This document shows positions 1 to 14,635 of a stretch of DNA of 64,000 nt, one piece after another. A program made the position numbers and the translations under genes. Within the stretch, counting starts at the first letter, position 1. Every line of letters begins with the position of its first letter. The stretch lies in the NCBI GenBank assembly GCA_964304625.1, contig OZ199838.1, forward strand, positions 9,203,245-9,267,244, written 5' to 3'. Below the pieces are notes generated by a model. The model made no database searches and had not been told where the DNA came from. It saw only the letters and a list, made by a program, of their open reading frames with translations. Source of the DNA: Kudoa neothunni. Taxonomy: Eukaryota > Animalia > Cnidaria.

Positions 1-1
1 T

Positions 2-200
2 AGTACCACGGGGGCACATACAAACACTATTGATGGAACCTGGGGTGCTATCAAATATAAAATATCACGGAGGAACAGGACATCTTCAGTTAATAAAGAT
101 GGTTCTGTGAGTATGTATGGGAACAATGAATTTTTTGGTGAATTTCAATAGAGAAGAAAAAACAATCACGATTTATGGGGTGGCATTATATCTTCATTAA
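2..200 (+). pseudogene. Merlin/ISXO2-like transposase C-terminal relic (cut by window start)
   Basis: Frame from base 2 reads STTGAHTNTIDGTWGAIK...EFFGEFQ*RRK, matching the HTNTIE-x-W motif of IS1016/ISXO2/Merlin transposases; one in-frame stop. Confidence 0.7.
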
Positions 201-269
201 AAAAATCGGAAGGTTCGCCGGTACCGAAATGTCTGACATATCTGTGATAATATCGAAAAGGAATAAAGA

Positions 270-1780
270 AATGATTTTATATATAATTATGATTCAAGAA
301 CAAAAAAGGGACTTAGTTGGAGATGCCGTAACCGAGGATGTTGCGATAGAATCTATACATGTATTGAGAAAAAGAACGTGATTGATGAGATTAGTCACAC
401 TCACGAAAATCATAAAAATGAGATTACCAATTTGAAAATTCGCGAAAAGATCAGACATCAAGCGATTACTACTCCATTACCACCTTCTGGTATCATCATC
501 AAGCCCTTCGAAAATGAAAACCTGGATGAGATTAAAATTATCAACAAATACGAAAGTATCTCCGATTCAATAACTAAAATTAGGCGGCAAATGGGTATTA
601 AACATATCTCTAAATATGACGATATTCCAGAAAATTTCAAGAAAACACTCTCTGGTCAGCAGTTTTTGTATTTCGATAGTGGTGTTGGCTCTATTGATAG
701 AATCTTAGTATTTTACCATCCTAAAATAATCGAATTTTCGAATAAATCTTTGGTATAGTATGGTGATGGTACTTTATGGATTATGCCCCGAGACTTTTAC
801 CAACTTTTTACATTACGCGCTCAAATAGGAGCACATGTATCACCGATAGTTTTTTGCTTGATGCAAAACAAAAATTATGAAACATATTCTACTTTTTTCA
901 AAATGATTTATGATAAAGTTGGCCCCTATGAACCCAAATACTTTTTTTGTGATTTTGAAGTAGAAATTAGGAAATCGTTTAATGAGGTTTTTAAGAAAAT
1001 TGAAATTAAGCACTGCCATTTCCACTTCGCCCAAACAATATGGAGAAAAATACAAAATGTAGACCTGGTAAGTCTTTATAAGCAATCGAAGATCCTAAAA
1101 TCCTACATTGAATCAATAATATTATTATGCTACGTTCCAGAATGTGATGTTGTCAGGATCTACGAACTCTTAAAGGATACATTCAAAAATAAACTATGTG
1201 GTATTAAAATTGATGAATTCGATAAATTTTTAGAAAAGGAGTATATTTACACAAAAATTAATACAAGCATTGGATTGGTATCGTACGCGAAATTTTGGTC
1301 TGTATATTACCCTGTTCTTGGGGGGTATGGTTCCACAAATAATGCACTAGAACAGGGGTTCCCAACTGGGGGTGCCCGCACCTTAGGGGGTACGAACTTT
1401 GGTTTCAGGCAGTGCGAGATCCGATCAAAATTGAAAATAATTTTTGATAAATTTTAAGTCAGTTACACCTTATCGTATGCAAAGGGGTGCGAGTCCAGTT
1501 TCAGTTGGGAAGCGCTGCACTAGAAGCTTGGCACGGTTCACTGAAAAGAAAGACTCGCTCGGCGCATCTTAATCTAGGCAAATTCATAACGCTGTTACAA
1601 AAAGAAGTGAGGGAAACGCAAATAAAAACGAATAATCCAAGAAGTATTACAAATTTATCCGGTAGAAAATGTCTAATAAGCGAAATTGTTAGAAATTACA
1701 ATTTATATGATGGGCTTTCATACCTTGAAAGTTTAAGCATGTATTTTGGATTTAATTTGGACCAAAAAATATCAATTTAA
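270..1780 (+). pseudogene. MULE (Mutator-like) transposase pseudogene
   Basis: FLYWCH-like start (YIYNYD..SWRCRNRGC..H), V*YGDGT (stop at 756-758), CDFE, CHFHFAQ, and TNNALE|AWH split by a MITE; ORFs 378-758, 783-1457 and 1487-1780 are pieces of one gene. Confidence 0.85.
1353..1517. mobile_element. 165-bp hAT-type MITE
   Basis: TIRs CAGGGGTTCCCAACTG / CAGCGCTTCCCAACTG (reverse complement); perfect 8-bp TSD CACTAGAA at 1345-1352 and 1518-1525. Confidence 0.92.
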
Positions 1781-2104
1781 TATTGATACTTCTTTTAAAA
1801 CTATTATTATCTTCATTTAAAAAAATTTTGTTGATTACCAATTAGATTTGTATTTTGTGTTATTTTTCATAGTTTTTTTGTATTGCACTAATCCTATATT
1901 AATTTGGGATTATGGGGTTTATGTTAAAGTTCAGCCTTAAAAATTAAATATTTACAACAGCATGTTACAAATTAAACCAATTTTACCGTCTGGGGTCCAA
2001 TGGACCCCAGACGCGCACTCGAGTAATATTTTTTGTTTGTGCCCAGAGGGCTAATAAATAATTTTCTAGAACTCATAAATAGATTTTCCTACGTTAAAAA
2101 TAAA

Positions 2105-2107
<3 letters not shown>

Positions 2108-2147
<40 letters not shown>
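2108..2147. repeat. (TA)20 microsatellite
   Basis: Direct reading. Confidence 0.95.
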
Positions 2148-2150
<3 letters not shown>

Positions 2151-5099
2151 TAATAGTTTTGGTAGACCCAACTTAATCCCACTGCATCCAATAAACATTA
2201 TCAGGATATTAAAAATTCTCATCAAGAAAAATTCAAATACGCTCTCAAACTTAATTTTATGGGACATCGTATGCGTATCTCAAAAAATACAAAAAACTAT
2301 GTATACAAATGAAGAAAGGACATTAAATTTAGATGTTAAGGAAAATGTTTATTCTTCTAATATGTTTTAAATATAGTACAGATCCAAGCTGACACCATCA
2401 TGAATTTCATCTATACAAAATTAAATTCGGTCACAATAAAACACATAATATACAGTCGTCCAATGTGACATTATTTTTCAAAATTATATTCCTAAATGAA
2501 GTTATTATTGTATTAATAATACAAATTAACTGTTTCTTCAGGGAAATTCTATCATAGTTGGTACCAGTTTGTAAAGAAATCAACTTTTTCAAATCACCAA
2601 TTGAGTCGCTTGGCCTAAGGAATAAAGAAGTTTAAAAACATAAATTATTGCGAGATTAAATCACTCGCATTTGACTCTAACTTTTTTTCCGATTCTGTCG
2701 TTTACAATAATCTCAATCATTTCTCACTGCGTGCGTCTCTATCAGATATTTATTGTTACAAGGCGTGCGCTAAAAAATCCCAGGTGTTGAATGTGTCTGA
2801 CTAATTCGGACAGCGCGCATGTGGCACGGGAGTCTTACCATTGGACTGTAACTTCGAAAATGATTAATCCAATCCAGTACCTCCTTAAAAGTATTGCTTC
2901 TGCACTCTGCGACTCTATTACCTAATAGAAGCTGTTTATAAAGTTTCATGTGTATTTGTTGCATGTGGTGCATCGATAGTAATACAGAGGGTTGTACATG
3001 GTCCTTAACTTTGGGAATTTTGTAAAAATAAAACGGCTGTATGGTAGCAGACGCCTCCGAAAATTAGCGTACTTCTAGCGATCGTATCCCTTCAAAAATG
3101 CACCAATGTGTATATAACAGAAAAAGAATACTGAGAAATTATAGTGAGCATAAATATTTCGAATTAAAAAATTTTGCTTTTTCCCATAATCGTTCTAATT
3201 CGTGAATCATTTTACTGTTTATAATCTGGATTATGACTACACGAGGCAACAATGATGGTCGAAGTTAAGTTGCTTCGTTTTTGTCAATTTTACTCAATTA
3301 TGCATACGGAAAACGTTTTTATATGATTTAAAAACTTTTTCAATATAATTTTGAAACTCTTCTTGTACATTTAATATCAAAATTTACGCTAATTTCGACT
3401 CAAATGGCTGTGTGGCACCTGTAAATCATCTTTTGTCTGGTTTTCCATTTTTTTATTATGTTTCTTGTAATAAAATGGAACTCCAAGTACTAAAATTTAT
3501 ATCAAAATAACAAACTATTAAGTTTGACAACTCATCATCTGAATAGTGTCGGGTGCAGGAGCAATCTACACCGTGCAAAAATAAACATTGAATATTCACT
3601 TGTTTTTCAATAAAACCATACTTTTATGATTTATTATTGGCACTAATAAATCAGTTTCTTAATTTATATAACATATAACTTATTAAATGAAATAATGAGT
3701 TAGCTTAACACATGTAAAGGAAATGGTTTCATCGATGTTTAAATTGTTATAATTTTAATAGAGATTTCAGTAACAAAACGCAATAAAATTTTTTACCTGA
3801 AAAACACCCGAATGAAGATTTCGTTAGTATATAATTCTTTAAATATTCCTAAAACATTCTTAGACGATAAAAATCTAATTTAAGTACAATATTTTTATAA
3901 CTACAAAATGAATACATAGATAAGACAGTGACATGTTTTTAAATTATCCAATATTCGTAACAAAAAAAATTATTGATAAATCTATTTATTGATCACAAAA
4001 GTTAATAAAGTAATTTTATATAATAAACATTAAAGTGTTATTGTGAAATGTGTAAATAGTTTATTTTCGAAGTTTTTCAATTGTTAGTTTCTAGATTTAC
4101 ATTATAAAAATCCCAGGTACCAATAATAAAAAACTTTTGAGCCATGAAATTATTAAGAAAATGAGAATATTTAGTGTTTTGTTGAATCACGATGCAGATA
4201 GCACGTGTATCCGGCAATGATCGGATGAAGAGTTGTGGTCTCGGTATTATTTTATCTTATCATAAAAAATCGCGAATAAATAAAAAAATAAAACGCACGC
4301 AAGACAGGATGGTGCATTTCATTTTCCGCGCACTTCCCCATTAACATTTTGACCTGTAAAATAATTGAACAGTTATAATTATAATTAATGTTTTTATTAT
4401 GTTAAATATTTTTTTAACTAAAAATAAAAGAAAAGAAATAAATTTAGAAGATAAGGAGTGTATTTCCAGAAGTTATTAATTTGAACCATGGTAAGGTTTA
4501 CGATTGTGTAGTTGAGTTAAATAAAATTTTGTATTTTTATTATTTTGATGGTATCATAAATTGATTAATATTTATTAGGTCTTATCTTAATAAATAAAAT
4601 AATGCTGTATTAAGGGAGTATTTGTTAACCAAAATATAAATCATTACGCTAAACAGGTAGAAGTTGTAGGTAACACTATGGCTGAGTGGTTAATGTCAAA
4701 AAATAATTCGAATAAACCCGAAAAGTCATTTAAAATATAATAGAGGGATTTATTCGGTGCTATAATAGATACATAATATTTTACATCATATGCTTATTAT
4801 TAACAATGAGGACGTACATTAAAAATATTAAATTACAAAAATAATGTACAAAATAAAAGCATAATATTTGTAAACTAAATTTTTAAATTTTCAAAATAAA
4901 AAAGAGATTAATATATTTCAATTTTAATAAAAAATGATATAAAATAAGTAATAGTTCTTTTCCAACAATTAACTGATCTTAGAAATAACTTTGAAATTTT
5001 TTGATTAATTTTAAAACCTTTATCAGTCCGTATGATATTCTGATATAACAAAATAAATTCATCCTAAAATGGCAACAAACGACGTATCAATTGTTATAT

Positions 5100-5830
5100 A
5101 GTTTGAAAATAAGTTTCTTTTATAATGTTTAATATATTATTCAATAACGATAAACGTTTCCCATATTTTTTCCTGAACCAATGTTCACACAAATGTGGGA
5201 ACAAATTTTTCCAGACACACCTCTTATTGTTTCTAATAATCTTGTTTTAAGATGTGTCCAACTATCTTTCATGCTGTTCGTTTGATCTCCCTGAGCGTTT
5301 ACATATGTAATGGAGTAATCAACTTTTCGGTATTCAAAACCGAGCTCTATTAATGGGTTGTACGCTGGTCAACAATCATTGAAAATTGTGGGATTTTGCA
5401 TAACCTCATTTTTGATAATGGGACTGAGTGTTTTAATATCCCCTTTTTGAGCCACAAATAAACTAATTTCCTCCACTCTTCTTTTTTCTCAAGGATTATG
5501 CATAAGCGTAGACCAAAGACTCATGGCCCATCAGTTCGATTGTTGTAGCGTTCTTTTTTCTTTAAACAAACCAACCAAATGTTATTTCCAATAATGAAAA
5601 TTTTACGATCAGAAGTGGATTCGTCATTTTCAGATTCACTTGGAAAATAGCTATCGTCTGATTGTATTAAAATACATCAAAGTTGGAAACAAAAATTGAA
5701 ATGACATTTATCCTTACGTAGATATCTTCCTCGATTATATTTCCGTTTCCCTCTCAAAAGAGACTCATTTATTTCGATTATGTAACCATCATCTTCAAAT
5801 TTTTGTCCTTTATTAAATTCATCGACGCGA
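5100..5830 (-). pseudogene. Merlin/ISXO2-like transposase relic
   Basis: Minus strand gives IIEINESLLRGKRKYNRGR, GP*VFG, TL.PII...IFND..AY and QTNSMKDSWTHLK, with several stops and frameshifts; boundaries approximate. Confidence 0.7.
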
Positions 5831-5880
5831 ATTGACCAAATCTTCGAAAGCTAAAATTGCGTGGTTTTTGTTGGATTTAA

Positions 5881-7890
5881 CCTTCTAAAGACCTTGGGGT
5901 CAAATTGACCCCAAATCGAAATTAATGAGCTCGTATCTTTATTTCTAATTTTCATTACCTCATTAAAATTTATGTATTCTCCTAACTTGTTATAAGGTAT
6001 ATTTTACGTAAGTATTATCTAATAATAAAAATCCGAAGTCAAAATAAAAAATTTTTATCTTCCAAAGACCTTGGAGTCAATTAGATCCCTGATTTTTTTT
6101 AAATCAATTTATCGAAAAAAATCTATATAATTGAACGACAAAATATTTTTAAAATCTATCAGCTATATTCTGAGTAAAACAGTGGTAAATGTAGAAGATA
6201 ATCCCATTTAATCTGGCACGTGTTGTTTCGGTGAAAACCCGCGTCTTGTCGCGTAATTAGCTTAATTTTGAGATTCACGTTTTTACAATAAAAAATAACA
6301 ATGATTTATTTTTCAACAATGAAAACACTTCAGCGTTTTATACAAAAACGTAAATTTTTGTTATACATTATTTTGAACGGTTATAACATCTATTCGCTGA
6401 ATGGGTTTGACAATAAAAGCAAAGACAATTTGTACAACGTGCTGAGGTTTTTTTATCATTTCCACGCGAACAAAAATTACAACGAGATCTTTTATCCTTT
6501 GTGAATTATAATGATGTTGGTATCGAAAGCGGTCATTTTCTTTTAATGATTCTTTTGTTATTATTATGTTTTCATATAATGCAAACTCATTTACCTATGA
6601 TAAATCCAGCATGTTAAAGAAAACAATCATTGGCCATCTTCTATTGGATCTCCTTACAGTGACAGATGCCAACATTTTATCAACTGAATCGACACCACCT
6701 TTCGCTTTATTATTAGCTAACAATAACATTAGGTTTTTTATAGTGTCGTTCCAGTTGATAACAAAATGACAGATTTATTTTTCTTATTTACATACGACGT
6801 TAGCATAAATTTTTCATAAAATAGAAAAGTTGTACTGAATACCTCCCTCTTTTATTGTGGCGTATAGTACCCAAATACGTTAGACGTTTACGTAACAACT
6901 TTGATGCGAGTGGGAGAGATGTAAAAAAGTTGTCTGCTACAATATTTCTTCCAGAATCAAATAATAGTTCAGACAATGCCATGACTATAGTTTCCCCAGC
7001 ATTTGAATTACGGACGTTGTCAATCCCATTTTTTCCGAGATACGGCGCAACATTTAAAACATATTTTTCCTGTTTGGAGGCAAATACTGTCTAAATAAAC
7101 ATTTCGCTCTAAAAGCGACCAACGGCGCTTATATGGTAACATCTTGGTTAGGATGAAAATATTGTTGTAACTGTTTCACCCATATTTGCCAAAAACTGCG
7201 GATCGGACAAAAGTTATCTGTCTCTCTTATTTCTGTTCTTGTCCTATAATCATCAAAATGAAGGGCTTTGGTGATTGGTTTAAATTTATTCTTCGAAAAA
7301 ATTTCTCGATAAATTTCCTTGCCTTTGACTAAACTAAAGACTTCTAGCAAAGGTTCTTTTCTATCTTTATGTACAGCCATAAGGATGAGAATATCCAAAT
7401 ATCCATTGAACTAAACGATATCAATATCAGTCCAGTCGTCTTCCAAATATTTCCTTCCAAATAAATTGGTCGATTTAATTATTTTTTCTCATATGGTTTT
7501 GTAACAATTATAAAATAACAATCTACATGATTTTGTACACGTTGTATACAATATGCCGTTACACCGGGATAGGAATTCATAATATTTTCGGCCACAGTTT
7601 TAGATGGTGTAGGTTGTTTGACGCTCCAAACAGTTCCATTTTTTCCTATAGTTGGATTTCCAGTAACATCAACTGCTAAGGATTCCTCCGAAGTTTCAGA
7701 AGATTTGGATAAAAAGTCATCAAATTCACTTCTTGATGATAGTAAATCTTCATTATATAACTCAGACTCTCTCAGAGACATTTTCCAAATAAAACCGCGT
7801 GCGCATATGTAATAAGATTCAAAAACACGCTTCTTAGAGATGTAATATAATTTAACGTAATATCAGAATTTTGAATGCCAAGAAACGTTA
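5881..7890 (-). mobile_element. Decayed piggyBac element A
   Basis: TTAA (5877-5880) followed by a CCTT terminus that is repeated about 180 bp inside; transposase pieces 6800-7781 with IVADNFFTS, LTYLGTIRHNK, LHFDD and GGVDSVD; acidic N-terminus; 5' terminus not found. Confidence 0.85.
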
Positions 7891-7896
7891 ATTTAA

Positions 7897-10119
7897 CCCT
7901 CTAACGGATTTGGGGTGTAATACACCCAAAACCACATTTAATCCGGAATAACATTTTACGACCTCATATCAAATCGAAATTTACGCTATTCTTCTATATT
8001 TATAAAACGTGCAACATATCAAAAATTTGGATAAATTATAAGTTCTAGTCATGCCGAAAAAAATCCATCCTTTAACGGGCTCGGGATGAAAAACACCCCA
8101 TTTTTTTTTCTGTTGAGTTTCCTCAAAAAATTATTTTGAGTTGATTTATAAATTTTTAGAAAATTCTATCGACGAATTTCGAAGAAAACCTGCAACTATT
8201 ATATTACTACTTCAATTCGATGCCGTTCGGTGATTTCTCGCAAATTTCCGTGCTCATAATATTAAGGATTTCCTATCATGCAGATTTAGAAACATCGATT
8301 TTTTCGGACATATCAAATTGTATTAATTATCATAAATATATTTTAGAATTATAATGTTGATGAATGCTCCCTCTGAAATTTCATTTTTTTAATTATGCGC
8401 CAATTTGGGGTATGTGAACAAGCGAGATTATTTGAATCCAAAGATTTCACGTGTTGGGCTATTCTGGTAGTCGAATCACAATGAGCACTTCTGATGAGTT
8501 TTTTGATGACATCCAATCTAATGGAAGCGAAATAAACGATAATTTGTTCGGATTATCATGCAATTCTGATTAAATATCCGAGAATGAAGGTGCTGACGAC
8601 GATACAACTATTAAAAGAGGAATCCTCTGGACATTGAACAAGCCAACATCGTCAAAACGTCGATTAAAAACATAATGGATTCTCACCCTGGCCCAACGGC
8701 ATATGCCTTACAAAGGATCCAAAATATTGTAGATTTTTTCGTTATTTTTTTTACGAATCATATTTGTCAAGAAATTTTAAAATATACTAATCCATTTGGA
8801 AAATCTCAATTTCGTGATTCTTTGATTGATTTAGATGAGACAGGATTCAAAGGATTTTTGGGGGTTCTAGCATTGATGGCTATCCATAATGATAGAGAAG
8901 AGCCTCTATTGGGACTTTTTAATTTAACTGAAGGAAAACGAATATATCGCCAACTCTTCACTTTGATGATTTAACCACAAGAGCACAAAGGAGAGAACGA
9001 GGCAAATTTTGCTCTATTCGCCATTTATGGAGCATGTGTATGAAAATACTTCCAATGCACCATTCACCTACTGAGGACGTCACGGTTGATGAGCAGCTGG
9101 TATCTTTTAAAGGATGATGTCCTTTTAGGCGGTATATGCCGTTGAAACCGGCGAAATACGGATTGAAAATTTTCCTTCTTGTAGATCCGGTACAAACTAC
9201 ATTATAAATATTTCCCCATATCTTGGAAAAAATGGAGACCAAGTTAGCCGATCCTCCAGCGTTGGTGAAAATATTGTGCTATCGCTGGCGACTCCACTGT
9301 ACCATACAAGCAGAAAAAATGTGTAATTCTCTTGTCAACGGGGACATTTAACGTCGATATATCTGGAAATCATAAAAAACCTCAGACTATATTCCGATAC
9401 AATAAAGAAAGGGAGTGTAGGCACGGTCGATAGAATGTTGGCATCCATATCTGTGCGCCGATTCAGCAGAAGATGGCCAATGATCGTATTTTATAACATA
9501 GTCGATCTATCCTTAATTAATGCGTTTGCATTATACAAAATTATATTTAATCAACCAACACAATTAAGACGTACATTTTTGAAGGAGATGGCGGGAGAAT
9601 TGTATCAACACCTAATTGATAAAAAATTAAAGTTAACTGGTTTAAAAAGAACAAAGTTCCAAAGCATAAATAATTTAAAGAATATATCAACCACCCCTAA
9701 ACAAAAGCGTTGTGCCTTCTGATTTCGCCAAAATGATAAAAAAAACATCTAGCAAATGTTCAAACTGCGAACGTTATTATTGCCAGCTTCATTCATCTAG
9801 AAAATGCTATAATTGCAATCAATCGTAATAATTATCTCTCCTGAAAATTTTAAAATTATAAGATTTGTTTCAAACTTGTTTTTTTACGCTACTTACATTA
9901 GGCTCTATTATTAGTTGTAGGTAGGTCACGAACTTTTAGCCGAACTGGATTAAGTTGAATGATAAATGTAAATTTACTTCAAATTCTATGGATAGAATTT
10001 TCTAAAAATTTATAAGTCAACTCAAAATAGTTTTTTGAGGAAACTTATTAGAAAAAAAAGACGAGGTGTTTTTCATCCCAAGCCCGTTAGAAGATGGAAT
10101 TTTTCGATAGCTTAGGGGG
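7897..10119 (+). mobile_element. Decayed piggyBac element B
   Basis: TTAA|CCCTCTAA ... TTAGGGGG|TTAA; about 105-bp subterminal inverted repeats (about 8066-8170 vs 9991-10096); relic transposase from about 8481 with VTVDEQL, PAKYGLK, RRWPMIVFYN and a Cys-rich C-terminus. Confidence 0.88.
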
Positions 10120-10246
10120 TTAATGAAAAAAATTTTTTTTAGTTACGATGTGAAAATGAATAAACATCTGGATTAGAATCAGACATTAACTCTAACTTTG
10201 TTTAGCCATGATGTTTAAAATAGTTGTCAAGCTTTTTTAAATGAAA

Positions 10247-11509
10247 CTAGCGGGAACTACCCAGCGTTGCTTGGGGAAGATTTCGCATAGACACGTTTCT
10301 TAACAATATTCGAAAAATAATTTTAAATCTAAAATTAACCAATAGATGTAAAATAACTAAAAATTTGTAAGCAATAAATTTTAACGATTTGGATTATGAA
10401 GTTTAAATTATGCTCATTTCTTTGAAGGTGTGTTCCAATTCTGGCGTTCATTTAAAATTCCGTGACTCGGCACCAACGCTAAATAAGTTAAGGTCAGCAT
10501 CGTATTTTTTTCATTCCCGAATTACTTAAATACCGTTAAAGTGTTATCTAAAACGTTATTTTTTGGACGGAGGATTTTTAAAAGTCGAATTTTGGCCCCG
10601 CTTGATAACTGTGTGTACCACTAACTTTTTAAGAGATTGTTACGGATTAGTTATTGTTTGTTATTTTATTCAATAAAATAAAAAGAAAAAACAACACGGG
10701 ATAATTTGCATAGTCGGTATTGTTGTTACATTAATAAGCTGTATTTATAACACGCGGCTAAAAATATCTGACAAGATAAAAAAATGGAAAAAGTAATAGA
10801 AATAGAAGAAAACGTATGAAAATTAATTGATATTGCTAAAATTAATATCCTTTGGTCTGCAAAAACTTTAATGCGCTTTTTCTAACAAATAATTTAAATA
10901 ATCGGATGAAGTAACCAAACAACCATCTGCACTGAATTGAATCACTGAAAGTTCAACATAACGGACGGTTTCAATGAGATCTACGGACGCGGTACTTGCG
11001 TTATAGTGCTTCAATCTATCTGATTATAACACGCATAACCAACTAAATAATAATGCAAATATTGACATTTTTTCGTATCTAAATCCACTAATAGAGCTTG
11101 CAAAATGTGTTTATCAAGTCAATCACATTAAAACTCCCGATATAAGGAAGTTATTTGAGCAAACAATCAAATAGACGCACAAATCTTATACGTAAAGACA
11201 GATGGCATCGTTCAATTAACATATGATAGAATATATAAGGGAGATAGTTAATTTCAACCGACCATCACCATGACATAAGCCGGGCTAATCCTATAGTTGA
11301 ACTCATGTAATCCGACAAAATCACTATTTCATAAATACCTTTTGGAAACTGTAGTAGTGCGAAAACAATTAAACAATTTTTTTTAAATATCACGAATTTA
11401 TAAAAATTTTATATATTGCTCTCTATAAGGAAAAAATTATCCGCACATGCGTACTTAGGGGCATACACACAAACAAACTACCGGCAGTCCTCTTTATATA
11501 TATAAAGGA
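10247..11509 (-). mobile_element. Non-autonomous Helitron, copy 1
   Basis: On the minus strand A|TC... start, 3' hairpin (CCCAAGC-AAC-GCTGGG) then CTAG|T; no TSD; homologous along its length to 21570-22732. Confidence 0.78.
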
Positions 11510-12189
11510 TAAGGCCATCTCTGAAGGGCTCAATTTTTTAACAATAAAATCATCGTCCGTTTTTGAATTATTGGGGAGGGACTATCATTGCGCCATTATT
11601 ATTTCTATGAATTAGAGAGGACATCATTATAAAACACATTACTATATATCTACAACATGTGTCTATGTTTATCCTTCATTTTTCAATTAGCTACCACATT
11701 TATATAACTATAAAAACTTACGATTTGTTTAATCGTGGTAAAAAAAAAGAAAGAAAACGATTAATTTAATCACACAGTCAAAGCAAAACGGCATGTACGA
11801 CCGATCCTCACGTGACTTTTTATTTTTCGTTTTTTCGTAATAATTATGCGTATAAATTATTTAAAGCGAGTAATAAGAACATTAAATAATTTTTGGAATC
11901 ATTATAAATACGTGAGAACGTTTTAATATGTAAAATAACTAATGTACGTACGACCGATCTATTATTGTAGTCTCATTGGACGTCTGGTCACGTCCAATTT
12001 CGCGCACTTGCGTGTGCGATTATTTCAGAAAAAATTGACATTTAATATTGATTAAGTTGCATTTAAAAAGGCCAGTTAACTATATGTAAATTTTTAAAAG
12101 ATAATTAAAACTCGAGAAGCGTGTTAACAACATTAAAATATTTTTCAACTATCTATGAAATACTCCCCCTGTTGCTATCGATAGAATAA

Positions 12190-12713
12190 GGCAATTGCGT
12201 CTACGTTGTAAATAAAATTTTCAGGGTATCTTTTAAAAAATGTTCTGATTTGATTGGTCTGCTCTGAAATGGTTTCGGATGTAGCATCAACAGATTAGCT
12301 AATAAAATTTGATTCTTTAATGTTGGACATTTTTTAAAACAACGAAACCCTCAAAGAATTGCACATAAAGGTAAACCTTTATCTTTGGCTAGTTGATTTC
12401 TCTTTATGATTATCGTGACGACGCTTGCTACAATCTTTTTGCTTCGTGTCCACTCAATCCACTCATATATATCTTCATCAACAGAATTAAATTGTCTTTC
12501 GTGCAAATAATTTCTATTTTTCGATTTTAAAAACACTTATAGGTTTTGATTATTTTATTTTTCATCTCTAGGATGCCATTAGGAGTCGAATTAATAGATA
12601 TTTTAAAACGTGATGTAATGACAGTTTTTGGGTCATTAGATTGGAGACTTTCATAATAATAAATAATATTGTACTTTTCGACAAAAGGTATAGTTATAGG
12701 AGTTTTTTGGCAT
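12190..12713 (-). pseudogene. pogo/Tigger-like transposase N-terminal relic
   Basis: HTH-like start and CENP-B-type segment VDEDIYEWIEWTRSKKI...; similar to 30850-31434. Confidence 0.55.
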
Positions 12714-14635
12714 AATAATTGACTTTACTGACTAATAAACAAGAAGTATCCAAAAAAGTACTTGAAGTGGGGAAATCACGTGAGTTTTAGTTACATTATT
12801 TATCAACCTTTTATAAGAAATTTTTATAAAATTTGTGATTGAAATATTATAAGAAACATATTATATAAACAATGACCCAATCAATATTCGAACTAAATAA
12901 GATTTTAAAAATGTGATAGCAATTGGTTACTTACTGTATTTTTAATAATGCAGCCCTTGGCTAGTTATGACACAACACTCAAGACCTCGTACAGTAGTGG
13001 CCAGGTACCTATATGACCGGAAGGGCCAATTATTGATGGAGAGAAAAATTTTTCTACTTTCGGAGCCGCACATCAAATATAGACTCGAAAATCAAAATAT
13101 GTACCTTTTAAATCACGGAAACATACGTTTCAGAAAAATCCGAGGCAAATTATCCAATTAGTCTATCTATGCGCTTTTCAATAGCCAATCAACCCAATCA
13201 ATTAATTATTAATATGTTTAATATAAGAGGAAATAAAAATATTACAAGTATGCACTTGAATTTGTCTGATTGCTTCAAAAATTATTGTAATTTCATTTTC
13301 AATAATTTCCATTATGATGAATTAGAAATTCTACGATTAATTTTTACACAACAAATATACGATAAAAAATCTATCTTGATGAGTATTGTCTTCAATAAAA
13401 AGAAAATATCAACCGTATAATTTAACCTATTAAAATCGCAAGAATTACCTTCTAATGTATTTTTAATAATTTAATTATTTTTAGGACATTTTTACAGGGG
13501 TTCCCCTGTAGCAAAAATAAAGGACGTTAAATATTTCAAGAGAATTCTTTTTAATGAATAACATTAAATGAAAATGTATGTATGACTACATTTTTATTAA
13601 AAAAGTTGACTCAGAAAAATTTTTAAACTGGAAAAACCATAAACACTTCATAGATCTAATTTAAAGGTTTAAAAAAAGTTGAGCATATAAACAAATGAGA
13701 CGTATTTTGTATAATACTCGAAAAATTTATTTTTAAGTAGTTTCAATTTAATAATAACCTTTTTATTAAGGATGAATTCTGATTTAGGACAAAGAATAAT
13801 TTTTTTATTGAAACTGTGGATAAAATTGGGGAGCATTTATAGTTATTGTACCTTGTCAATAATTGCAGATGTATTGGACAATGTTCAATGAGGAATTCTT
13901 AATATTTATAAGTTAATTGTTTTTGTTGAATCTTTCATTTCTATATTTGACTAGTAAGTTGCAAATAAAGGAAATTAATTCAAGTTGGTGAAGTTGGAGT
14001 ACCACACATTTTTTCAATACCAACATATTTCCAGTAAAAAATGATTTACATCTGATGAAAATTCTAAATTTTTAACGTAATAATGATTTCAGTGACTAGG
14101 AATTATACGATTTCTTTTCGTTTTAACCTTAAATATTGTAGTTTATATTATGCACGTAAGGTGGGGAGCAGCACTTATACCCTCAAAGAGACGCAGATTG
14201 CCGATCCCTGTCCTACAGCAATAGTGTTTCTATTGGCATTATCTGTCACACCAATCAATATGTATTGAGATTTTATCAATTGTATTCTCTTTCGTCAAAA
14301 CGTCCGATTTCCATCAAAACAGTATGAAACATGTTTTAATTATTGCAATAAAAACACATGAATATATTATACCATTACCTTTACGATGTCAATAAGTTAA
14401 ATATATTCTCATAATTTTAATATAATATGTATTGATATAGAGATAATGGATGATCGATTTAACTATGGAATATATTTAGTAGTTTTGGACCTTTGGAATA
14501 AATTTGAACCAGAACCATTTGATTATATATATTTTTTATTATATCATTAAAAGGTAATAAATGTAAATCCAAAAGACGGATTAGTGTGAGAAAATTAGCG
14601 TAGAATAGACATGTTAAAGTGGAGAAGCAAAAACT

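Noticed and set aside
4675-4720. tRNA/SINE A-box-like TGGCTGAGTGGTTAA
   Set aside because: No proper B box, acceptor stem or cloverleaf.
13400-14500. Possible decayed transposase on the minus strand
   Set aside because: No motif clear enough to assign a family.
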